Part shown: positions 29,549 through 39,800 of the stretch, piece by piece | How positions within the stretch are numbered: the stretch's first letter is position 1 | Layout of the letters: each line of letters opens with the position of its first letter | NCBI GenBank assembly: GCA_963555995.3 | Contig: OY821641.1 | Coordinates: forward strand, 736,001 to 800,000 | Direction: 5' to 3' | Origin: Vicinamibacteria bacterium | GTDB taxonomy: Bacteria; Acidobacteriota; Vicinamibacteria; Marinacidobacterales; Marinacidobacteraceae | Length of the DNA: 64,000 nt | Made by a program: the position numbers and the translations under genes | Notes under the pieces: model-generated | What the model saw: only the letters and a program-made list of their open reading frames with translations | Databases searched by the model: none | What the model was told of the DNA's origin: nothing

Positions 29549-29690
29549 GGAACGCCGGTCTCCAGACCGGCACCGCGGCCCTCCGCACCGCACCCGCCCC
29601 CACCTCACCCATCCCGGCTTGGAACGCCGGTCTCCAGACCGGCACCGCGGTGCTCCGCACCGCGCCCACCCCCACCTCACCCATCCCGAC
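29549..29690 (+). repeat. Tandem 72-bp duplication, each unit carrying a GGAAC-type REP (29549-29571, 29621-29643)
   Basis: GGAACGCCGGTCTCCAGACCGGC-ACCGCGG...CCCCACCTCACCCATCCCG twice. Confidence 0.85.
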
Positions 29691-29783
29691 GGCGGGTACC
29701 GCCAGGACTCCCTTCCCCCCCGCCGGACAAGCCCCGCTCCGGGAACGGATCGTGCTCCCGCGCGTTTTGTCCTCTCGAAGCGC

Positions 29784-30443
29784 ATGGCTGACGCTGCTCT
29801 GACCCCCGCCAATCCGGCAATCCCCTTCGCCGCCTCCGGCCCCGGGGCGGCGGCGCTCGATTCCGACGCCGCACTGATGGCGCGGGTCCAGGCGGGCGAC
29901 CTCGATGCGTTCGAGCCGCTGGTCCGGCGCTACGAGCGGCGGCTCTTCGGGTACTTCCTGAATCTCGTCGAGGATCCGGCGGCCGCCGCCGACCTCGCGC
30001 AGGAGACCTTCGTCCGGGTCTACCGCGCCGCCGCGCGCTACCGGGAGTCCGGCCGGTTCGAGTCCTGGCTGTTCCGGATCGCCGCCAACCTGGTGCGGAG
30101 CCGGCAGCGCCGGCCCGACCAGCGGCTGCCGCACCTGTCGCTCGAGGAAGCGCCGACGGGGGCGAGAGAACTCGCGATGCGCGGCCGGGAGGCCCGCCCC
30201 GACGAGGCCACCTGGCGGGCCGAGGTGCGGGACGCGCTCACCCGGGCGCTCCCGCGGCTTCCGCTCGTGTTCCGCGAAGCGGTGCTGCTCCGGGACGTGG
30301 AGGGCCGGTCCTACCGCGAGATCGCGGAGATGCTGGGCGTCGAGGAGGGGACGGTGAAGTCCCGCGCCCACCGGGGCCGGCAGCGCCTGCGGGAGCTGCT
30401 CGCCCCCATGTTCGAAGAAGGATGTACCGAGGGAGTTTCCTGA
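29784..30443 (+). CDS. ECF sigma-70 factor
   Basis: DLAQETFVRVY, FESWLFRIAAN, SYREIAEMLG..EGTVKSRAHRGR. Confidence 0.93.
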   Translation: MADAALTPANPAIPFAASGPGAAALDSDAALMARVQAGDLDAFEPLVRRYERRLFGYFLNLVEDPAAAADLAQETFVRVYRAAARYRESGRFESWLFRIAANLVRSRQRRPDQRLPHLSLEEAPTGARELAMRGREARPDEATWRAEVRDALTRALPRLPLVFREAVLLRDVEGRSYREIAEMLGVEEGTVKSRAHRGRQRLRELLAPMFEEGCTEGVS

Positions 30444-30949
30444 TGGCTGGCAGACCCACCGACGACGAGCTGCGCGAGATGCTGCGCGCGCTCCCCCGTC
30501 CCGAACCTCCCTCCGGCTTCGCCGCGGGGGTCATGACCCGGGTGCGGGCGGAAGAGCGGCGCCGCCGCTTCCGCCCCTGGCTGCTCGCCGCGGCAGCGGC
30601 GGCGCTGGTCGCTTCGGGGCTGCTGGTCCGGTCCGGGTGGGACGGGACCGGGACCGAAGAGCCGCGGGTCGCGGAGACGCCGGCCCCGGCGGAGCCGGCC
30701 GTTGCGGAAGCCCGCGCGGATCCGGACGTCCAGGAGTTCGAGGAGATCGTCCGGCAATACCGGCTGCTGGCCGAAGAACTCGAGGCGATGCGCCGCCTGG
30801 GCGGCGATTCCGCCGAAGGCCCCATCCTCCGGATCGGCGGCGACGAGGACGTGGACCTGTTCCTGGACCTCGAGTCCTACCTGGCCCCTCCCGCCCGGCC
30901 GCCGGGCGCCTCGCTCGTGGTCCCCGCCTCCACCCGCCCGCGCCGGTGA
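30443..30949 (+). CDS. Probable single-pass anti-sigma factor
   Basis: Coupled to the sigma stop (TGATG); EPPSGFAAGVM motif; one TM helix. Confidence 0.7.
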   Translation: MAGRPTDDELREMLRALPRPEPPSGFAAGVMTRVRAEERRRRFRPWLLAAAAAALVASGLLVRSGWDGTGTEEPRVAETPAPAEPAVAEARADPDVQEFEEIVRQYRLLAEELEAMRRLGGDSAEGPILRIGGDEDVDLFLDLESYLAPPARPPGASLVVPASTRPRR

Positions 30950-30972
30950 TCCCAAGTTTCCAGGAGAAGAAG

Positions 30973-31734
30973 ATGATGACCTTGAACCCGAGATCCTCCC
31001 GCGCCGCCGCGCTCGCGCTTGCCGCCGCCCTCGCGGTCCCGGCGCTCGCCGCCGCGACCCCGCAGGAACCGGCCCGGGCCTTCCCGGTCCTGGCGTTCGC
31101 CGCCGCCGAAGGGGAGTCCCCCGCTCCCCAGATCCTGATCCGCGGCCCGATGCGGCCGCGCGTGGTGGTGGGCCGTTCGGGGAACGGCTATCTCGGAATC
31201 CAGTTGATCGACCTCACCGAAGAACTGCGCCAGTTCTACGGCGCCCCGAAGGACGCCGGGACGCTGGTCTCGCGGGTGGCCGAAGACAGTCCCGCCGCCA
31301 CCGCCGGTTTCGAGGTGGGTGACGTCATCACCCGCATCGCGGGCGACCCGACGGAGAACTCCTGGGACGTGGTGCGCTCGGTGACCCACTTCGACCCGGA
31401 GGAGGAGGTCGCGATCGAGGTCGTCCGCGACGGGGCCCCCGTAACGCTGACGGCCACCCTCGGCGAGCGGAAGGGAGGCGTCTGGGTCAGCAGCGGAGAC
31501 GGCCCGAACCTCGAGGAGTTCCACTTCGAGATGCCCGACCTGGAGGGCCTTGAGGTGCTGCGGGAGCTTCGGGGCGCCGTCAGTGACGAAACCCGGGAAG
31601 CCGTGCGGGAGGCCATCGAGAAGGCCCGCGAAAAGATGAGCGAGTTCGACCACGAAAGCCTTGCCGAGCGCCTCGCCGAGGCCGAGGCCCGCCTCCGCGA
31701 ACTCGAGCAAAAGCTCGCCGAACGCGAGCGCTGA
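30973..31734 (+). CDS. Secreted PDZ-domain protein
   Basis: Signal peptide; GYLGIQL, SPAATAGFEVGDVI, VVRDG; coiled-coil C-terminus. Confidence 0.85.
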   Translation: MMTLNPRSSRAAALALAAALAVPALAAATPQEPARAFPVLAFAAAEGESPAPQILIRGPMRPRVVVGRSGNGYLGIQLIDLTEELRQFYGAPKDAGTLVSRVAEDSPAATAGFEVGDVITRIAGDPTENSWDVVRSVTHFDPEEEVAIEVVRDGAPVTLTATLGERKGGVWVSSGDGPNLEEFHFEMPDLEGLEVLRELRGAVSDETREAVREAIEKAREKMSEFDHESLAERLAEAEARLRELEQKLAERER

Positions 31735-31749
31735 CGGAAACACCGGCCT

Positions 31750-31930
31750 GGAACGCCGGTCTCCAGACCGGCACCGGTACTCCGCACCGCGCCCGTCGCA
31801 ACCCCACCCACCCGCACGGCGGACCGGTCCCGAACGCTCACCCCCGGAGGTGATGCGTACGGCTTGGAACGCCGGTCTCCAGACCGGCACCGCGGTGCTC
31901 CGCACCGCGCACGGCACAAAGCTGACCTGC
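31750..31930 (+). repeat. Two GGAAC-type REPs (31750-31772, 31866-31888); left half of the REP cluster split by IS21
   Basis: Exact cores; partners are inverted at 34370-34478. Confidence 0.85.
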
Positions 31931-32078
31931 CTGATGGGGCTCTTCTCGCGGTGTGTCAAGCGACACCTAGTTTGGCCCAGATAAACGACACCTACTTTGT
32001 CACCCTGGAGAGCCTGTTTCGGCGGGGAAGGAGGGACGTTGGGGAGCGCGGCGGGAGCCCGGAGGGCGACCAGAGCGC

Positions 32079-32936
32079 TCACCGACGTCCCTCCTTCCCC
32101 GCCGGCGCCGCGGCGGGGGATGAGGCCGCCTCTTCCGGGAGGAGGAAGGATCGAGCGATCGTCTCCTGGCGCTCCCGGAAGCTCTGCTCCAGATCCCGCA
32201 GCCGATAGCTGCGGCCACGGATGTCGAGGACCACGCAGCGGTGCAGGAACCGGTCCAGGATCGCGCTCGCCAGCACCGCGTCCCCCGCCAGCACCTCCGG
32301 CCATTCCCGGATCGCCTTGTTCGTCGTGACCAGCACGCTCCCCCGCTCATGCCGGTCGTTGATCAACCGGAACAGTTGACTCGCTTCCTTCGCGTCCAGG
32401 GCTTCGTAGCCCATCTCGTCGATGATCAACAGCGACGCCGACAGATACCGCCGGTTCCCCCGTGGCGTCGTCGACCCCTCATGCCGCTTCAGGGTCCGCA
32501 GCAACTCGTCCAGCCGGTAGAACGCCACCCGGAACCCGTTCTCCAGCGCCCGCATCCCCAGACCCGCCGCCAGGTGCGTCTTCCCCACCCCCGGCGGGCC
32601 CTGCAGCAGAACGTTCTGCCGCTCCCGGATCCAACCGCAGGTGCCCAACAGTTCCACCCGCGTCCGGTCCAGCGTCGGCTGGAAGCCGAAGTCGAAGTTC
32701 CCCAGGGTCCGTCCCAGAGGCAACCCCGCCATCCGCAGCCCCATCTCCAGCCGCCGCTGCCGGCGGAACTCCCTCTCCGTCTCCAGGACCCGAACCAACA
32801 GGCGATGCGCCGGCAGCTCCTCCCGCGCACACTCGGTCAGCAACTCGGACAACCGAGCCGATGCCTCCCGCATCCCGAGCTCTCCCAGGATCCGCCGCGT
32901 CCGGTCCAGGTCCAGGTCCACATCCATACTCACCAT
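32079..32936 (-). CDS. istB: IS21 helper AAA+ ATPase
   Basis: FDFGFQP, Walker A GPPGVGKT, LLIIDEMGY, TTN, AILDRFLH, GRSYRL. Confidence 0.95.
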   Translation of the reverse strand: MVSMDVDLDLDRTRRILGELGMREASARLSELLTECAREELPAHRLLVRVLETEREFRRQRRLEMGLRMAGLPLGRTLGNFDFGFQPTLDRTRVELLGTCGWIRERQNVLLQGPPGVGKTHLAAGLGMRALENGFRVAFYRLDELLRTLKRHEGSTTPRGNRRYLSASLLIIDEMGYEALDAKEASQLFRLINDRHERGSVLVTTNKAIREWPEVLAGDAVLASAILDRFLHRCVVLDIRGRSYRLRDLEQSFRERQETIARSFLLPEEAASSPAAAPAGKEGRR

Positions 32937-34183
32937 CGCGCTACCTCCGCCAGCGCCGCATACAGATCCAGGGGACGTTCCTCCGGAGCCATCGCCCCGA
33001 TCTCCTCCAGCCGACGCCCCATCCGCCCCAGCGGCGCCGGCGCGATCACCCGACCCGTCGAAGCCCCCTCGTAATGCGACAAGTCGCGCACAAGCAAGGA
33101 GTTGCCCTCTCGGGGATGCTCCGCCACCACCTCCCCGCGATCCAACACCTGCACCCGGCGCGCGCACCGGCGCACCTCCACCCGGGTCCCCACCAGACGG
33201 AACGGCACCGACCAGCTCCGGCTGTCGAACGCCACCGTGCAGTCCTTCCGCACCGGCCGCAGCCCCACCAGGTCGAACGGCTCCGGCAACCCCGTGCAGT
33301 CCCCCAAATACCCCTGCTCCTCCTCCCAACTCTCCAACACCCCGCGCCCCGTCGCCGGGCTCGTCCGGCGCGACTCCCACTCCAGCAACCGAGCGTCCGT
33401 CCACGCCTGCAACTCCTCCAGGCTCGACCACTCGCTCGTCGGCCCCGGACCCCAACCCCGCAGGTCCAGGATCCCTCGCTCCACCTTCCCCTTCGCCTCC
33501 GGAGACCGCGGCGGACAGGGATCGATGTGAAACCGCGCCTCCTCCGCATACCGCAAATAGGCCCGGTTCACCTCCCCCCAGACCCCTGCGCCGCGCACTA
33601 TCGCCGTCTTCACGTTGTCCATCCGTACCGTCGCCGTCACCCCCTTCAGACGCACAAACGCCTGCCCGTGAACCCACAACCACGACAGCGTGTCCTTCAA
33701 CGGGGACCACACCACCGCGCTCTTCCGCGAAAAGCTCAACCGCAGCGCAAACGCACTTACCCCCCGCCGGCCTCCAACCAGCATCCCCGGCGCCTCCGCC
33801 CAGTCCGCCTGCGCCTGCGCCCCCGGCGGCGTCTCCACCCGACGCCGCGCCCGTACCCGGCCCGGACCCAACCGACGACGCAGATACCGCTGCACCGACC
33901 GCAGGCTCCCCACATACCCGTGCTCCGCCACCAAATGCTCGTGCAGCGCCGTCGCGTTCAAGGGCTGACCCCCCGCAAAGTCCGCGCACCACTCCCGGAT
34001 CTCCTCCCCAAGCCTCGAAGCGCGCTCAACCTTCCCGCGACCGTCGCGCCTACCCTCCTCGCGACCCAGCTCGTAGCGAACCTGACGCTCGCTCACCCGC
34101 GCCGCCCGCGCGATCTCACGCCGGGAACAACCACGCTCCGAAAGCGCCCTGATCGTCATCCGAAGCTCCTTGCTGAGTGCCAT
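32930..34183 (-). CDS. istA: IS21 DDE transposase
   Basis: N-terminal HTH; ETPPGAQAQADW, MDNVK, KGKVER, WSVP. Confidence 0.95.
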   Translation of the reverse strand: MALSKELRMTIRALSERGCSRREIARAARVSERQVRYELGREEGRRDGRGKVERASRLGEEIREWCADFAGGQPLNATALHEHLVAEHGYVGSLRSVQRYLRRRLGPGRVRARRRVETPPGAQAQADWAEAPGMLVGGRRGVSAFALRLSFSRKSAVVWSPLKDTLSWLWVHGQAFVRLKGVTATVRMDNVKTAIVRGAGVWGEVNRAYLRYAEEARFHIDPCPPRSPEAKGKVERGILDLRGWGPGPTSEWSSLEELQAWTDARLLEWESRRTSPATGRGVLESWEEEQGYLGDCTGLPEPFDLVGLRPVRKDCTVAFDSRSWSVPFRLVGTRVEVRRCARRVQVLDRGEVVAEHPREGNSLLVRDLSHYEGASTGRVIAPAPLGRMGRRLEEIGAMAPEERPLDLYAALAEVARW

Positions 34184-34324
34184 GGCGGTCCCCCTGAAGC
34201 GAGAACCGAAGCCTCAGCCAACGACGCAAACAGGTGACAAAGTTCGTGTCGTTTAAGCCCGATCTTTACCTGTCGTTTGACACGGTGCAACTCATCTCGA
34301 GATACGCACCGGGAAGAGCAACAT

Positions 34325-34498
34325 CGCGCAGGTCAAAGCTGCGCTATGCGTGGCGCGGAGCGCCGCGGTGCCGGTCTGGAGACCGGCGTTCCAAGCGGTG
34401 GGCGCGATCAGGGGACGGTGGGGTGGCGACGGGCGTGGTGCGGAGGGCTGCTTGTGCCGGTCTGGAGACCGGCGTTCCAAGCCGTACGCGTCACCTCC
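34325..34498 (-). repeat. Two inverted GGAAC-type REPs (34370-34392, 34456-34478)
   Basis: Exact cores; flank GTTCCAAGCCGTACGCGTCACCTCC mirrors 31846-31870. Confidence 0.85.
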
Positions 34499-34499
34499 A

Positions 34500-34707
34500 T
34501 GTCAAGCGACATCCAAAACCGGGCCGCTGGCGACAGATACAACGGGGCCACCCCCGTGGGTGGGAGGTGTTCACGAGGTCGCCTCCTCGGAGCTGGGTTG
34601 TTGGCTGCCGGCGGGAGATGGGAGGAGCGCGCATTCCCGCAAACCCCGGAGCTCCCGATGGCGCAAGGGGCACGGACAGGTGCGGCAGCGTCCAAGTGTC
34701 GTTTACA
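34500..34707. mobile_element. Possible IS21-type end remnant or MITE
   Basis: Begins TGTCAAGCGACA (identical to the IS21 left 12 bp) with a second CGACA 24 nt later; ends TGTCGTTTACA; no target duplication seen. Confidence 0.45.
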
Positions 34708-34889
34708 CCGGCTGGCTCCGCATGTTCGCGGTTCTCCACACCCCGCTCGGCTCCTCTGACGAGCCCCTTTGGGCCAGAATTCGCCATTGATGGCCAAATG
34801 AGCCAGACATGGTCAAAACGGGCTGACGCACCCGGATTCCTGGCGCTTTCGCGGGGCGGCCGGCAGCGAAACCCGGCCCCCGGCCGCGG

Positions 34890-35906
34890 CTACCGCACGA
34901 ACAGGAAGTAGTCGTGGGCGGCGCGCGCCGCCTCGGCGATGGCCCGCTCGCGGTCCGGCACCGGATCGTCCGACTCCTTCACGAAGGCGACCATCACCAC
35001 GTGCCCGGCGTCGGACGGCAGGTAGAGGATCCCCACGTCGTTCGTGGTGCGGCCGATGGTGCCCGTCTTGTGGGCGACCACGGTGCCCTCCGGCAGGCGG
35101 CCCTTCAATCGGCCGGCGCCGGTCTCGCAGCGCTCCATGATGTCGATCAGGAGGTCGCGGCTCGACTGCGACAGGCCCTCGCCGTTCCAGATCTTGACGA
35201 GGAGGTCGGCCATCCCGCGCGGGGTGGCGGTGTCGCGCGGGTCTTCCTCGAATCCGTCCCGGGCCGCGGTGCGGTCCTCGTCGGAGACCTTCCCGTAGTA
35301 CTCGGTGTAGGTCGCGCGGGTGCGTTCGTCCCGCGGCGGGAGTCCCTCGGCGCCCACGTAGTCGGTGATCAGGTCCGCCGTGGAACGGGCGACCACGACG
35401 CCCTCGACGCCGAGCTCCGTCATCCGGGCGGTGACCCGTTCCCCGCCGCCGGCGGCCCGGAGACAGAGATCGGTCGCCGAGTTGTCGCTGATCAGCAGCA
35501 TCAGCTCCATGAGGTTCAGGATGGAGAGCGACACGCCGGGGTCGTCGAAGAGCCGGCTGAGGGTGCCGCTGCCGGGGGAGAGATCGGACAGCTCCAGGTC
35601 AATCATGTGGTCGAGCCCGAACTCGCCCGCGTCCACCCGCCGGAGGACCTCCACCGCGATGGGGACCTTGTAGGTGCTGGCCATCGGGAAGGGGTCGTCG
35701 GGATGGAGGTAGGCGGTCCGCCCGGTCTCGAGGTGGACGGCGGCGAGCCCCAATACGCCGCCGGACAGCGGCTCGAGCCGCGCCCACTCCGCTTCGAGGG
35801 CGGTCTCGGTGCCGCCCTGCGCCAGCGCGAGCGGCGCCGCCAGCAGGGCGGCCAGGGCCACGGTGGTGATCCGGCTGGTGGGATGGACGGGAACGGGGTT
35901 TCGCAT
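34890..35906 (-). CDS. Class A beta-lactamase-like serine hydrolase
   Basis: FPMASTYK (SxxK), SDN, DTATP, HKTG; signal-like N-terminus. Confidence 0.9.
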   Translation of the reverse strand: MRNPVPVHPTSRITTVALAALLAAPLALAQGGTETALEAEWARLEPLSGGVLGLAAVHLETGRTAYLHPDDPFPMASTYKVPIAVEVLRRVDAGEFGLDHMIDLELSDLSPGSGTLSRLFDDPGVSLSILNLMELMLLISDNSATDLCLRAAGGGERVTARMTELGVEGVVVARSTADLITDYVGAEGLPPRDERTRATYTEYYGKVSDEDRTAARDGFEEDPRDTATPRGMADLLVKIWNGEGLSQSSRDLLIDIMERCETGAGRLKGRLPEGTVVAHKTGTIGRTTNDVGILYLPSDAGHVVMVAFVKESDDPVPDRERAIAEAARAAHDYFLFVR

Positions 35907-36089
35907 GATGGGGGCGCCTCCGGGGTGCGTCGGGGGGAGCGCAAGAGTACCGCTCTCCCGGCCCGGATGGCTCGGGCCGCGGGCTCGCGGGCGACGTGTC
36001 GTGGTTCGGCCTTGGGGGACGCCACGGACGGAACGTCCGGTCTGTTCAGGTCGGTGCAGAAAGGAACCACTCCGCTGGTCAATGTCGCG

Positions 36090-36142
36090 CCGTGCGCGGC
36101 GCGGAGCGCCGCGGTGCCGGTCTGGAGACCGGCGTTCCAGGC
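36090..36142 (-). repeat. Single GGAAC-type REP (36116-36138) + auxiliary hairpin
   Basis: Exact core. Confidence 0.85.
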
Positions 36143-36173
36143 CGGCATGTGGATTGCGTACTATTGCGGCGAG

Positions 36174-36788
36174 ATGCGGGGTCTTGTCTTGCTGGCTGCG
36201 GGGCTCTGGTGGGCGCCGGCGGCGTCCGCTCAGGACGCGGGCAACACCGCGCGCGTCCTGGAGGTCACGCTTGCCGATCTCGACGAGGACTCGCTGGACT
36301 TCCTGATCGGCTGGGAGCGCTGGAAGGGGGACATCCTCGACCTCGCCTCCGAGGGATACGCGCGGTTCACGTTCGCGCCGCTCGTCGCGATCGCGCCGGG
36401 ATTGCCGGCGGACGGCCGGTTCGGCGCCGGGAACTTCGAGAGCGCCGTCCGAACGGCGTCCCGCCGGTCCGCCCGCGCCCGGCGTCCGGCCCGCGCGAGG
36501 TCCCCGCGTCCCGTCCGCATCGCCCGCGCTCCCCGCGGCGCGCCGGCGGAGCGCGGACGTCCCCGGTCGCCGCGGGGCCTCGCGCCGCTCGGCCTCGGGG
36601 CGTCCCAGCCTCCGCCGCGAGCCGGCCGCGCCCGGCCCGCGCCCCGGCGGGGAGCGCCGGCCCTGGGCGGAGCGCCCCGCGGCGGCCAGCGGGGGGGCGC
36701 GGCGGCCGGCCCCACGGGGCGGGCACGGCCCCGCGGCGCGTCCCGGACGCGGAACACCGGGGGCCCGAACCCCCGCCGTCACCGGTAG
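36174..36788 (+). CDS. Hypothetical secreted protein or decayed gene
   Basis: Signal peptide and ~90 protein-like residues, then a low-complexity Arg/Pro/Gly read-through. Confidence 0.35.
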   Translation: MRGLVLLAAGLWWAPAASAQDAGNTARVLEVTLADLDEDSLDFLIGWERWKGDILDLASEGYARFTFAPLVAIAPGLPADGRFGAGNFESAVRTASRRSARARRPARARSPRPVRIARAPRGAPAERGRPRSPRGLAPLGLGASQPPPRAGRARPAPRRGAPALGGAPRGGQRGGAAAGPTGRARPRGASRTRNTGGPNPRRHR

Positions 36789-36866
36789 AATCGCCCGTTC
36801 CCCCGCAGCGAGCGGGACGTGGCGACCGGAACCGATTCCGGTCCTGAGCCTCCGGAGGCACGTGCG

Positions 36867-39800
36867 ATGCGCAGGCGACTTTCTTCCTTCCTCCTTGCGG
36901 CGTTCGGGGCGGCGCTGATGGCCGCGCCCGCGGCCGCCCAGCCCGATCCCGACGTGCTCGGCGCCATGCGCTACCGCATGGTCGGCCCCTCCCGCGGCGG
37001 CCGGGTCACCGCGGTGGCGGGACACCGCTCGCAGCCGGGCACCTTCTACATGGGCGCCACCGGCGGCGGCGTCTGGAAGACCACCGACTACGGGCACAAC
37101 TGGCATCCCATCTCCGACGGGTACTTCAAGAGCCCCTCCATCGGCGCCATCGCGGTCGCCGAGAGCGACCCGGACATCGTCTACGTGACCACCGGCTCGG
37201 ACGGCCTGCGCAGCAACGTCATCATCGGGAAGGGGGTCTACCGGTCCGACGACGCCGGCAAGACCTGGCGGAACCTCGGCCTCGAGGAGACCGGGAGTTC
37301 CGGCGCCGTCCTGATCCACCCCGAGGATCCGGACCGCGTCTGGATCGCCCAGATCGGGAACCCCTTCATCGCCAACCCCGAGCGGGGCGTCTACCGCTCG
37401 ACGGACGGCGGCGAGAACTGGGAGCTGGTGCTGTTCGTGTCCGAGCAGACGGGCGCCGTGGACCTCGAGTTCAAGCCCGGCGACCCGGACACCATCTACG
37501 CCTCCATGTGGGAGGCCGAGCGGAAGCCCTGGACCATCCGTTCGGGCGGCATGGAGGGCGGCGTGCACCGCTCCCGCGACGGCGGCGACACCTGGGAACC
37601 GCTCGAGAACGGGCTCCCGACGGGCCTTCGCGGGAAATCGGACCTCGCGGTCTCCCCCGCCGATCCCTCGCGCGTCTATGTCCTCATCGAGGCGCCGGGC
37701 AGCGACGGCGGCGTCTACCGGTCGGACGACGAGGGGGACACCTGGCGCCAGATCACCGACTTCCAGCCGATCCGGAACCGGCCCTTCTACTACAACAACC
37801 TGCACGCCCACCCGACCGACGCGGACACCCTCTGGGGGATGGCCGAGGGCTACTGGAAGTCCACCGACGGCGGCGTCAACTGGGAGCGGAAGTTCACCCC
37901 GCACGGCGACAACCACGACCTCTGGATCAACCCCGACCAGCCCAACATCCACATCCAGGCGAACGACGGCGGCGCGAACGTCTCCATTGACGGGGGCGAG
38001 ACCTGGTCCACGCAGGAGAACCAGCCCACCGCCGAGCTCTACCAGGTGGACGTGAGCGACAACTTCCCCTACCGGCTCTACGCCGGACAGCAGGACAACT
38101 CGACGATCTCGGTGCCGAGCTATCCGGCCCAGTTCCGGCCGGGCGGGCACACCGCGCACTGGGAGGCGATCGGCGGCTGCGAGACCGGCCCCGCCGTTCC
38201 GAAGCCCGGCGACCCGGACATCGTCTATGCGAACTGCAAGGGCCGCTTCGGCCTCTACAACATGCGGACCGGCCAGGAAGAGCAGTACTACGTCGGGTTC
38301 TGGAACATCTACGGGCACAACCCCAGGGACCTCGAGTACCGCTTCCAGCGCACCGTCCCGATCCACGTCTCGCCGCACAGCCCGAACCGCGTCTTCCACG
38401 CCTCGCAGTACGTCCACGTCACCGAGAACGGCGGCCGCACCTGGCGCACCATCTCGCCGGACCTCACCGCCTTCACCCCCGAGACCCAGGTGGTCTCGGG
38501 CGACCCGATCACGCTCGACGTCACCGGCGAGGAGCACTTCGCGGTGCTCTACGACGTCCAGGAGTCCCCCCACGAGGAGGGCGTCATCTGGGCGGGCGCG
38601 AACGACGGGCCCATCCACGTGACCCGCGACGGCGGCCGGACCTGGAAGGAGGTCACCCCGCCGGCGCTCGGCCCCTACGGCCGGGTGCAGAACATCGAGG
38701 TTTCGCCCCACAACCCGGCGAAGGCCTACGCCGCCGTCCTGCGCTACCAGCTCGGCGACTTCACGCCCCACGCCTACAAGACCCTCGACTACGGCGACAC
38801 CTGGACCCGGATCACCGACGGGACCAACGGGGTCCCGAACGACCACCCGGTGCGCGTGGTGCGCGAGGACCCGGACCGCGAGGGGCTGCTCTACCTCGGA
38901 ACCGAGTGGGGGATGTTCCTCTCCGACGATGACGGCGCGACCTGGACCTCGTTCCAGCAGAACCTCCCGGTGACGCCGATCACCGACATCAAGGTGGTCC
39001 GGCAGGACCTCGCCATCTCCACGATGGGACGCAGCTTCTGGATCCTCGACGACGTCACCCCGCTCCACGAGGCGCCGCCGGCCGGCGAGACGCACTTCTT
39101 CCAGCCCCGCGACGAGATCCGGCACCGCGCCGGCGGACGGGGCTTCGGCGCCCCGTCACCGGCGGACCCCGAGTATCCGACCCCGGGTCCCCGGTTCACC
39201 TACCGGCTGGCCGCCGACGTGGACACCGCGCGGATGGACGTCCGGGACGAGAACGGCGACCTGGTCCGCAGCTTCGCGAGCGCCGGTCCGGGAGAGGAGA
39301 CCGCGATGACCCAGGAGATGCGGGCGCCCGGCATGATGCGGCGCGGCGCGCCGACGGTGCCGGCCAGCGCGGGCGTCCACCGCTTCACCTGGGACATGCG
39401 GTACGACGGAGCGAAGGACGGCGACGGCAATCCCTCGGGCCGGGGCGTGTTGGCGGCGCCCGGCCGCTACACCGTGGAGCTGACCGCCGGCGACCGGACC
39501 ATGGCGCGCAGCTTCCGCCTGCGGTTGGACCCGCGGACGGTCGAGGAGGGCTGGGTCACCGCGGAACACGTCCGCGAGCAGGTGGCGCTGGCGCTCAAGG
39601 CCCGCGACGCGCTCTCCGAGGCGCGGATGGCGGCGGCCCGGCTGGAAGCGGCGATGGAAGGCGGAGGCAGCGACGAGCTCCAGGCGATCCACGAGGAGCT
39701 GGTCACCCGGCCGATCCGCTACTCCCAGCCCATGCTGGTGGACCAGCTCAGCTATCTCGCCGGGAACCTGGACACCGCCGACCAGCCGCCGGGCCGGGAC

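Larger units (their letters stand above)
31954..34282 (-). mobile_element. Complete IS21-family insertion sequence with ~50-bp imperfect terminal IRs and 5-bp target duplication CGGTG
   Basis: Ends TGTCAAGCGACA...CTTTGTCACC and GGTGACAAAG...TGTCGTTTGACA; CGGTG at 31949-31953 and 34283-34287; carries istA + istB. Confidence 0.95.

Noticed and set aside
34234-34911. ORFs between IS21 and the beta-lactamase-like gene
   Set aside because: Made up of IS end, REPs and non-coding DNA; no protein motifs.
36480-36780. Extremely GC-rich stretch as an RNA gene or separate CDS
   Set aside because: No recognisable RNA family or convincing frame; contains only a REP-head-like GGGAGCGCCGG.
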